From Paraglomus brasilianum (Eukaryota), in NCBI GenBank assembly GCA_910592345.1, contig CAJVPI010000280.1, positions 1 through 36,942 on the forward strand: a stretch of 36,942 bases of DNA, written 5' to 3'. The position numbers and the translations under genes were made by a program. The notes under the pieces were generated by a model. The model made no database searches. It saw only the letters and a list, made by a program, of their open reading frames with translations, and was not told the origin of the DNA. Below, piece after piece: positions 23,150 through 32,858 of the stretch; positions within the stretch are counted from its first letter, which is position 1, and each line of letters starts with the position of its first letter.

Positions 23150-26100
23150 GATAAGAAGACATTAATGAAGATACTTTTGATATTGAACAGAAAGACCAGT
23201 TATACCAACATCGTGCAAGTTTCGTCCTCCTCTCAACAAACTTTTGTTGCTAACAGAGGGGAGAGGGCAAACGACAATCCTCGAAACAGCGGGACTTCAA
23301 ATCGATTTGTGCTGGATCGTTAGGCATTCGTTATAACATATTTTGATTCCCGCATTAATATTACTCATCGTCTAACAGATAACGTTCACGTATTGGTAGA
23401 AAGCCTGTTCGTTGTCATTGAAGATATTGAAAGTCAGGGGTTGTTGCTAATACAGCGAAGTATTAAGAATAGTATTCCTATGTCTAATGACAACGTTGCC
23501 AAGTACCTTCATAATCGTTGCTTTTCTCAGCATCCTAGGAAGTGATGCATTGCACTCAATGTCCAGAAAGGTGGTGTGAGATTGGATTGCGTTAACCAAC
23601 GCTTGCCCCACGTGAAGGGCTTTGTCATATTTTTATATTTGTTGGGGACGAGTCGTCTTGCAGAGTTTTCGTCGAAAAATACTTTCATCTGATAGTGTGA
23701 CTTGTCAGCAAGTCTTTAAGGAATGATTTGTACGACCATTTTGTCAATTTGATCATGTGACTAATAATATTAGCTCGCGTTTCTTACAGTCAATTGTCTA
23801 ATGCAGAGAAAGCTAAGCCAATTGTAAATGTAGCTTGGAACCATAATGTTGATGCTGACAGTGTTGCAAAAGTAGCAGGTCTTGCTCTTTTTTTTTACAC
23901 AGAAGCGAAAGATTATGATAACTGCATCTATTAACGTGGAATGTTCTGTAGCGTATATTAACATTGGCTTACTTAATTTAGCTTTAGCATTAGCAGTTCT
24001 TACAGACGTGAATAGATATAGCCAGCCTTCGAACGTATACCAGTAAAGTTAAACTTATCAGAAAAAGACGTGTTGGTTTAATAACGCAAATACGCACGTA
24101 ATTGTTTACTAGAATTAGTGAGTAGAGAAAGGTAGTAAATATGATTAGTATTGAAAAAACTTGCAAGGTAATTAAAAAAATCTTGAAGTACACGTGCAGA
24201 CAATTTGGTTTAGACAACATTAGAATGTGTCGTTCGTCTCTGAGCGTTATTGTTATTCGCAAACAAAAACAGACGGTCTGTAGAAGTACCGATAACAAAA
24301 TACTCTTAAGCCGCTTATGAGATTGAACGATTAAACAAAATTTCTATGAGCTTTAATTTCTGACGCCAAATTCGAGGTTCCCGACTTTAAATAACGTTAT
24401 TGGTTTCTCCCAACTTAAGAATTTTAGTTTATCTAAGTATTGTCATAAGTTTGGAGTTTTTCCCAATCAAACCTAAGTTAGCATCTGTTGTGCTAAGAAA
24501 TACACTTCAAAATTAGCTGAAAATTTGAGTGAGATAAAAGGTCAATCAAGCACCACTTTCTCATGGCATCAGTAACTAAATACAATAAATTTTTAACGAA
24601 TATTGCATCATAGATCTGTCACCATTAAAATCGTAAGTTTATGCGCTGTAAGCTGAAGACAAGAATAATAAATTCAAAATTCTCAACATACTTTCTGCAC
24701 TAAAATAGTTTTATTGACCGTTTAAACTTGATAGGTAAATATACAACTGTTATTTTCCTCGCAATATTATTCTTAGATTAGTATTATTTGCAAACTTAGA
24801 CTTTTCCAGACAAAGCTCCTACGTTATTTCCATCCATGATGAGATTTGTATATTCTCATAATGTTTGATGGATTGGAATTTCTACAAAATCTATTTATTA
24901 GTGAATAGCTTTATTATGACTCTACAATTTTTTTAGTTAAAAAAAATTCTTTCAAAGGCATTGCAAAATAAAAAGCAACTCTAATGAAAAAAAAATACTC
25001 TATAATTTCTATTAATAATAAGCCTGCCATACTTTTGCTCAATACTGAAATCGTTTAAGAATTATTACTATGCTACTATTATTATTGTGGAATGAAAAGA
25101 TAAAGAGCAACAACGGTTGTTCAACAGTTCGTGCTCTTTTAACACTAGAATTTTGCCGAATATTATACAAAATACACCTAATTGCTACGATGTCTAAAAT
25201 ATATTACTGCTGTTTAACAGGAGCAACACAAACAATCAGTTAAGAAGGGTATTAAATATATTAATATTATTCTTGCAAAAGATTTGATACGGAAAATATT
25301 AGGTTGTGAGAATATTATTATTTGTTGCACAAGTATTAGTAGAAGACCCATCGCGAACATTCAATATGTTTCTTCAGTACAGCGTATGGAAAAATAAGTA
25401 TTCGATTAATACGAGAATTCAATTGACTTGTTAGCTACGATATTCCGTTATACACTAACATCAAAGAAATATATTTTACTATTTAGAGAACCCTTATGTA
25501 TCCTACCAAGACTAAACGCTCCTTATGTAAAATTTTTCACCCTTGCTTTTCAAGCGATTCTGCAAAATGGTCGGGTGCCATACAATATTTATAGAATGTG
25601 GCAAAATACATACTGTACATGTACATGCAGTGGGGCTTTACATCAAGCTGCTTATCACGTGTATACATCACGTGATTTTGAAGACAATATATTTATAGAC
25701 TTTTAAACACCGTTGTAATTAACGAAGTGATAATTATGAACTATTCACAGCAACCCCAAACGTGCACATAACCTCACAAGCGCCGAACCCGATAAACGCC
25801 GCTCCATAAAACTATACGGAAGACATTTACTTATCATTTTATTCGCTTTACCACTATGAGCCTATCTGGCAATTACTATTCAAGAGAAGTGTCCAAAAAG
25901 AACGGATTCAAGCCTTACGAATAGATAAGTGATTCTTAATCATAACTAACAAGAGATGATAATGATAATAATAACCTGCGAGCCATAACGCATATTTGCT
26001 ATTCCCCGTACTGTTTCAATATTAGTCGATCTGATTGGTTAAATCTTGGAGTATAACCCCTACTATATAAGTTCATTTTAACAATGTAACCACATCGGTG

Positions 26101-27244
26101 TTACCGTTATTACCAGGAATAAGATTTTGTGTCATGAAGTACACAAATCTTATTAATATTAAGACTGCCAGATGTCTTCGGGTAATTATTGAGCGAAAGT
26201 TCGATTTGCAAAAAACGACTTGACTTTTTTATCATCCCAACTAAACTTATTTACTGAGAACATGAAATACTTGACGATCAAAGTTATCGATAGTGGATAC
26301 GAAACATGGGGACACAAGTGTCGAATTCTCATATCTGCACATAATAATAAAGCCCCCCTAATACTCAGGGAGATTTGCAGGTCATGAATACGTTCAACAG
26401 TCGGTAATTAAGGAGAATGCCGTCTTGTACATGGTTATTATTGTTATATCAAGACAACTTTTAATTTACATGGCTTTGATTTCCCGATTTTGCCAATTGG
26501 TAAAATATTAACTATGTTTTTAGCTTATATACTTAATGCTCCCGTATGTCGAGAAGACATTTACAAAGTCGTTATCCAGCGTAGTGTCAAAGAATAATGA
26601 TCACTATAAAATATGTCAAATAGAGAAGCTTTGTTGGTACACCTTATACTGTATATACGCTTTTACAGCTCATGATATTTGAAAGTATCAGTTGATGACA
26701 CGTTAATGTCTGTCCAGGGTTTAATAATGTTATATGCCTATTTTTTTTTTACTTTACAATCAATGATCGATTGAAAGTGTGAACTAATGTGACAATGGTT
26801 TCGAATATTAATATGGTAGATATATAACATTTTGGTCCTCGCATATTCTAACGATAAGGTTTCCCATTAACTCCGTACTTCTAAGTATCTAACGAAAGTT
26901 TTTTTTGGCAAATCTGCCAACTTAGAAAATAACACAAAGCCTTTTTCACAAGAGAACCATGTTGAAAAAAACTTTGCATATATCTAAAATGTAATAACTC
27001 GATCGTTTACCATCTAATCGAGCACATGCATAGAAATATCTTTAATGTTATAAACATTTACAAAAGAGCGTACGTTTTATATTTTATTTGTTTTATTTTA
27101 TTTTATCTATTTTAGCAGAAGATACACGATTTAATTGTTATAGATTATCATGACAGATCTTGTTTACAATATTTGATGATAATGTTACAAAATTCTATCA
27201 AGCATGAATAAAAAGCCAGAAGCACAAAAAAGAATAATCCTTGT

Positions 27245-27362
27245 TCGTTTCCTCACATCGGGAAGTACGACCAGGAATGTTTAGAGTCATTCCCCCTTTT
27301 CGATGGATACGATGCAACATCGCACCACCATATTACGCTCAGAAGGGGTGAATGACTACCCA
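27245..27362 (-). pseudogene. Orphan decayed last exon of a paralog of the Myb gene at 2319-2943
   Basis: 18-nt identity ATGTTGCATCGTATCCAT (27320-27303 minus vs 2791-2808). The acceptor context AATAG|TG is the same. It translates SFTPSERNMV(fs)AMLHRIH...IPGRT versus PLNNREGNMVAMLHRIH...LPNRT. Confidence 0.8.
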
Positions 27363-27490
27363 CTATTATGAAAATGAAATACATAAGATTGTTATAATTA
27401 GTCGTATACGTGATCAAAGATCGAAACGATCAGCCCAAATTTAAGGGCTTTGACACTTCAAACTAAAACTAAAACCACGTGTACTCGATA

Positions 27491-27697
27491 CATTGGACAA
27501 GAAAACTATAGATACAGCCAATTTTGGATAAAACTACAAGTTTCTTATTAGGCCTTATTTTTAACAATTGTTCTCTTCTTTTTTGTAGCAAAGTCGAAAA
27601 ACGCTGCACACTTCCCTACCAAAAATTCCTGTCTATCAAATAGAAGAATTTTTATTTCGAAAGTTGTTATCGTCTGTATTTACTATGCAGGTAACAA
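27491..27697 (+). repeat. Dispersed repeat (Tc1-like long TIR fragment), homologous to the reverse complement of 31655-31821
   Basis: Shared blocks TTGGACAA.AAAACTATA.AT.CAGC.AATTTT.GA.AAAACTAC.AGTT and ATTTTTATTTCGA.AGT.GTTATCGTC.GT.TTTA.TATG. A third partial copy is at 31511-31540. Confidence 0.75.
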
Positions 27698-27915
27698 TTA
27701 TTTTGGTATAGTGGTTTTACTTTTTTTAGCAATGTAAGAATTGTTAAGCAAGTTAAAAACTAATCTTTGTTTATTTCCTTTGCCCTGAACAATAAAGGCT
27801 TCTTTGTCTTCCACTTTTACCTGTTGTCAAGTGAAATTAATGGCTTCACTAACTCTTAAACCTAAAAAGCATGGAAGGCAGAGCCTTTAGATAATTATTG
27901 TCTTTGTCAAAGCGA
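27698..27915 (-). pseudogene. Fragment of a bacterial-type XerC/XerD-like tyrosine recombinase (box I and Lys-hairpin region)
   Basis: Minus strand reads NNYLKALPSMLF(fs)LGLRVSEAINFT[TGA]QQVKVEDKEAFIVQGKGNKQRLVFNLLNNSYIAKK. GLRVSE (27862-27845) and V.GKGNK.R.V (from 27790) are XerC/D-family motifs at the expected spacing. No intron. The HxLR and catalytic Tyr region is absent. Confidence 0.85.
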
Positions 27916-28052
27916 TTTCCATAATACCGGTAAACGCATACTCCGAAAATGTATGGTTACATAAGTAGGTGTAACTTATCTACATCGCTATTTCAAAAAG
28001 TACAAGAACGCAGTTGAACGACATGAACTTTATTAGTGGGGGTTTGTTTTTA

Positions 28053-28335
28053 CCGTAACGTTTAACGAAAGATGAGGTTTTAGTATCCGGGGGTACTGTA
28101 TGAGGAGGGGGGTACTATACTAGGGGGGTACATTAGTGAATTAATCGAAAAAGAAAAACTTGTGTACCTTCTGATTAAAAATGTGTTTAGAAATCAGTCT
28201 AAGCGATTTATAGCAAAATGATTGATCTTACATAATAATAATAACCGGGTACTTTACCAGAATGGACTAGTATAAGTCCCGAACTAGACGGGGGGGGTAC
28301 TGGTAGGGGTACTAGAACCGGTGCGATAACAGTCA
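28053..28335 (+). mobile_element. Non-autonomous pogo/Tc2-like element with GGGTAC subterminal repeats
   Basis: TA-CCGTA start near 28051-28057. Positions 28090-28134 (GGGGTACTGTATGAGGAGGGGGGTACTATACTAGGGGGGTAC) align with the reverse complement of 675-718 (GGGGTACTGTGTGCGGAGAAGGGTACTTATTTCAGGGGTTAC). More GGGTAC copies occur at 28247-28313. Confidence 0.6.
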
Positions 28336-28749
28336 GTATGTATAACCCCTATTAGCGTGGGAATGTATCATGATCGGCCAATCAGCTTCAAAACTTATTA
28401 CTTGGCATACAAATTGCGAAATCATGTTTGATTCCGGCAGGGATGTGAAGAGCATTGTTAAAACATGTGTGTTCACTGTGTAGCTTGACCTTAGTGATTT
28501 GAAATCTGTATGTTTTGATAGGTCAAAAAAGATACGTCATTAAGACCTTGAATTCGCTAAACTGCTATGTTTTTGCTTATGATGAGAGCACTTGTCTTAG
28601 AACAAACATATTGTTGTTATCGTATGTTGTTATTATATAATTATTACGTACGTAGATAAAAGACGCGACGAGAACATTTTATTATCTAAATTCGTGACCT
28701 CCATATATTCCTATAGATGCACAATAACAATAACCTCAGGTCGTCAATT

Positions 28750-29332
28750 TCACACTAGTTGAGAGTCACGGTCGTTAAGTTGGTGGTGATTAATTTCGGC
28801 TGCAAAAAATTTGGCATAATCCCTCAATTCTTCTGCAGTCTAAGAATTTATAGTTGTATTAAACACTGTTCTAATAACGCAAAATTGTTTGTCATAAACT
28901 TACCATTCGTGCAAGCTCTTTTTTGTCAATGCCATAATTTGCCACAGTTTTACGCTCATACTCAACGACAAGTTCTTGTGCCAACTCATCTACAATATTG
29001 ACCGACCCTTCTAACATGGAGTAAAGCTGTTCTCCATTGTAGTCTGCACCTTTTACTGCCACTTTTTGTTTTTCCGGATGCTCAACCACCATAATAGGGT
29101 TATATCCTGTAAAATCTAACTCTCTAGGAACTGTTCTACGTTTTCGACCGCGAGGCGATTTTGAAGAAGACTTTGAACCTTTGTTGAGTGTTTTGAGACA
29201 TATTTGACATAAACTCCGACAGATAAAAGTGATTCTTACCATAGTCGCTAATTTTTTCTTCTTAATGTTATCCTTTGCAACAAACCCAGGTAACGATTGT
29301 TTCGTTCTGTTTGGTTTCTTATAAGCCACCAT
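28750..29332 (-). CDS. Hypothetical basic protein, 172 aa (149 aa if an in-frame 69-nt intron 29239-29171 is spliced); exons 29332-28904 and 28839-28750
   Basis: ATG|GTAAGT donor at 28903 and CTTAG| acceptor at 28840 give ...YGIDKKELARM|TAEELRDYAKFFAAEINHHQLNDRDSQLV*. The N-half is Lys/Arg-rich (KKKK, PRGRKRR). The start codon is uncertain because the frame is open further upstream to 29404. Confidence 0.75.
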
Positions 29333-30578
29333 GGCACTATTCCCCGCAAAATCTAAATTTACAGAAATCTTTGGCTTACGTCCAAGTTTACGGTGCGTAA
29401 TCAACGTTGATATAGTTTAAACGATGGACTGCCGAGAGGTATTTCTTATAAACGTTTATGTGTCGTACATAGTTTAGATATCACGAATGCGACTTTTTAA
29501 TAATCACGAATAATAGATGTATAAATAGTTTATTAAAAGTGGGTTGTTTGATCAGATAGACATTTTTAGTCGAACATATAAGCTCAGGATATGCAAACGT
29601 CCCGAGAAAGCACGTATAATTAAGTCAACGATAGTGGTTATTTAGTATAAATACGCCATCCGCGCGGAACTTTCCGAGTCGCAGACAAATTTGTCGATTT
29701 ATTGCAGTCCAAATATATACTGTGTTAATAACATTTCTAAAAGACCAATTTCTTAATACTTATTGAAATTAGAAAAATTTTATAAAAGTCAAATTGGCAT
29801 TTTTCGGGATGATTAAATCATTTTATAACTTTACAACAGACATATATCTTAAGCATTACACATGTTTAATTACTTTCGATAACTACTTTGTGAGATGATA
29901 TATGGAAAAAGGCAAGCTATTTGTTATTCTGACTTTACTATTCTTATTACTATTGAACACTTATTTATGGCTGAGCAAATTACCAAGAATAGACTCGACT
30001 TCCTAATTTGCGAACGACCTCTTTGCAAGGTCTCTTTTTCTTCTTTTGATGCAACAATTTAATTCCGCAGTTTTTGAAACTACTTTCTTTTCGCAATTGT
30101 ATGATTAACGAATTTGTTTTTATAAATAAATAAATATATATATATACAGTATATATATTAGCAATAGGTTCTTGATCTGCAGTTAAACCGTCTTTGCATC
30201 ATATTCATTGAGAAGGGGGGAGGGGGATGATTGTAAACATTCCTGATCGATGCGAGAAAATGAGCAGGATAAAATTTTTTTGTTCATAAAGTTTTATTAT
30301 TCGTACACACATGTATTTGATGTAATTGGTAAACGGCAGTTGAACAGATCAATTGATATCTGACGCTAGTCCAAATTATTCCACTTTGTTGGTCATAATC
30401 GACGATGATTTGTAAAATGGCAGAATATGCTGTACGTGTTGATAAGAAAGGAGAATAGCTGGCAATTAAAGGCAGAACATGCTGTACGACTATAAAATTG
30501 TTGGTGTCTCATTCTTGACACATGACACTTTCTATATGTGACACGAATTTCATTACTATTACTATTACTATTAACGTA

Positions 30579-30872
30579 CAGTATTTGTACAAGGCACCCG
30601 TATTGGTGATAATATTTTCATTGTCTCTTGTCTCTTGTAATTATAATGTTCTTCTCTCACGGGTAGTTGTTTTGAGAAGCTTCAGCTCTTTTAGCTAAAT
30701 GAAAGGAAAAAACCAGTCTCCTATGTGACAAACGGCAAAAGAATGATCAACATTACGTTTATTTAACCACTCATTCACTGTGTGTTCTTTTCTACAAAAA
30801 CCGTCATGTTTAGCCGTTTGAGAAGGTATCGACAGAGGATTAACGACCTTGGCGCATTCATTAGTGGCACTG
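30579..30872 (-). mobile_element. Non-autonomous Tc1/mariner-type element, copy A (inverted relative to copy B at 31817-32489)
   Basis: TA-flanked CAG...CTG ends. The reverse complement of the right end CAGTGCCACTAATGAATGCGCCAAGGTCGTTAAT matches 31817-31852. Internal ATAATATTTTCATTGTCTCTTGT matches the reverse complement of ~32427-32449. Confidence 0.75.
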
Positions 30873-30874
30873 TA

Positions 30875-31205
30875 CAGTTTCACGCATCGTCTATAGCCAT
30901 TCCGGTTATAGTCACTATCTGCTTATAATCACTTCGGAATTGCTGAAATAGCCCATTGCTTTATAAAAAACCAAAATATATTCGAAAGCGCACAGCATTA
31001 TCTTTCAAGACTAGGAAAGCTCTTTGCTTGATTATCCTAAGTGCACAATGAAAGAATTCAACCATAACCAAAATGCTTGCTGAAACAGAGCGATGGATCA
31101 AGACAGACATTTCAGGCAACTCTGGCCAACAGACAAAAGAGAGATAAGACACATTTGTGAAAGTCAATGATGCACTAAGTGAGTGGGTGTCAGTAGCAAT
31201 TGACT
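30875..31205 (+). mobile_element. 5' part of a Tigger/pogo element with decayed CENP-B-type HTH transposase N-terminus
   Basis: TA-CAGT start at 30873-30878. Positions 30983-31205 read RKRTALSFKTRKALC/DYPKCTMKE/STITKMLAETERWIKTDISGNSGQQTKER*DTFVKVNDALSEWVSVAI. This matches CENP-B N-terminal HTH plus HTH_Tnp_Tc5 (STIxxxL....W; F..V..AL..WV). Confidence 0.75.
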
Positions 31206-31430
31206 TGCTGCCAAAAATGCTAATGTTAGACAAGTTTTTCCAATAAGTGAGTACGTATCTGAGTGAAGAATGTTTTCAATTTTGAATAAAAAGTATTTTC
31301 GAAATAACGGACTTCTGCAATTCTATTGGTCTGTATTTATCACATGATTTATGTCATTGCCTATAATCAACAAAAAACTGGGCCGCCCAAGGGACAGATT
31401 TCACTGTAATCGTGCAACCTTGCCAGCATA

Positions 31431-31505
31431 TTGTGTCTGAGTTTGGGACTTATCTCAGTCCAGAACTCAGTTGTCAACTGAGACGAGTCCCCAACTGAGG
31501 TACAA
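31431..31505. mobile_element. ~75-bp palindromic MITE-like element, copy 2
   Basis: TTGTGTCTGAGTTTGGGA...TCTCAGTCCAGAAC.CAGT...AACTGAGAC...AACTGAGGTACAA is co-linear with 7840-7920. Confidence 0.75.
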
Positions 31506-31816
31506 CACATCTTTATTTCGAAAGTTTTTATCGTCCGTAATAAGTTAAAATACATCATTGATACAACGCTACAAGTCGATGAAGTAGTAGATAGGCATAT
31601 ATATAATCATATATTTTCCTATATACGCAACTTCGTTGACTAAGCTTTATCATTGTTACTTACATAATAAACACGGACGATAACGACTATCGAAATAAAA
31701 ATTTTTCGTATGTTGATTCCGGAAACTTTCGGTAAGATTTGGTTATAAAAGAAGAGAACAATTATTAACTCGTAGTTTTGTCAAAAATTAGCTGCATTTA
31801 TAGTTTTATTGTCCAA

Positions 31817-32489
31817 CAGTGCACCACTGATGAATGCGCCAAGGTCGTTAATGGTCTGTCGAGTGCCTCCTCAAACAGTTAGATATGGTATGAAACACAG
31901 CATCAGTTTTTCTAGACACAGTGAATAAGTAAGTTCAATAAACCTTTACGGATACTATTAAGAGCTCAAGATCATTCCTTTGCCGTTTTTACGGACGTCA
32001 CAAGTAGCAGATAATATTTGTAAGTGAAGCAATGAAATTTATTGGGAAAGGTTTGAAACTTGTGCCTACCAAGAACAACCGCCCAAGTGATAGATTTATA
32101 AGTAAACTCGCTTTTTCTTATATTTTGTTTCAATTGCCTTATTTTGTGGCTCTCTTTATCTCTTTGATGGGAGGTTGCGATCAACCTTATTGTATGACGG
32201 TTCCGATAATTAATTAATATTCACACCTTACATAATATTTTTAAGAGCTCAAGATTATTCCTTTGCCGGTTTTATGGACGTCACAAGTTATCTCTTTGAT
32301 GGTAGGTTGTTTTTGTGTTTGTTTTTTTCATTTAGATAAGAAACGAGCCGAATCTTTTCAAAAATACTATCAGTGAAGTGAAAGCAAAAACATTATAATT
32401 ACAGTTGCCAAAATAGCTTTCTTTTCACAAGAGACAATGAAAATATTATTACCAGCACGGGTCAGTCGATGATGCAAACACGTTGCCTG
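31817..32489 (+). mobile_element. Non-autonomous Tc1/mariner-type element, copy B, with an internal duplication
   Basis: Homologous in inverted orientation to 30579-30872 at both ends. Internal 48-bp direct repeat at 31958-32005 / 32241-32288 (3 mismatches). Ends CCTG-TA. Confidence 0.7.
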
Positions 32490-32619
32490 TACGTGGGGTG
32501 CTGAAAAGTTTTTCTTTCGTGTAGTCTTCTAACTAGAGATTGCGCCGATCTAACAAAAAATTATCAAATGCCTTCCGCCTCTGAGCTTTTTGACGAGAGT
32601 AATATAGACTAATTTTGCA

Positions 32620-32853
32620 AAAAGATAATGTCAAACTACTTTCTTGTCTCCGGATTAAATTCTATTGAAAACGTGTGGCTTTAATATAAGTTAATCTGCA
32701 AAAAATTCTCTCTTGAGTTAGCGGCAAAGTTCGTAAGCAGTATGACACGTAGTGTAGCCGCACTTATAGATGTAAACGGCGACTATACAATGTATTAGAC
32801 AGCTTTGTTATTTACGTAATTTAAATAGTTTTTACATCTTATGACAGCTACTG
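32620..32853 (+). mobile_element. 3' part of a Tc1 (DD34E) transposon
   Basis: 32647-32679 read SPGLNSIENVW (Tc1 SPDLNPIENxW motif). After a deletion it reads SLELAAKFVSSMTRSVAALIDVNGDYTMY* (Tc1 SMPxR..AVI...GG.TKY end; stop at 32796-32798). The right terminus is ...ACTG-TA at 32850-32855. Confidence 0.85.
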
Positions 32854-32858
32854 TAATG

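Noticed and set aside
23770..24540. Minus frame interrupted mostly by TAA (alternative code?) and faint TPR-like words on the plus strand (AYINIGLLNLAL)
   Set aside because: TAA is expected often in AT-rich DNA and mirrors plus-strand TTA. No convincing motif series in either direction.
30419..30488. 18-bp direct repeat GGCAGAA(T/C)ATGCTGTACG 52 bp apart
   Set aside because: Only two copies with a 34-bp spacer; a small duplication or insertion scar, not an array.
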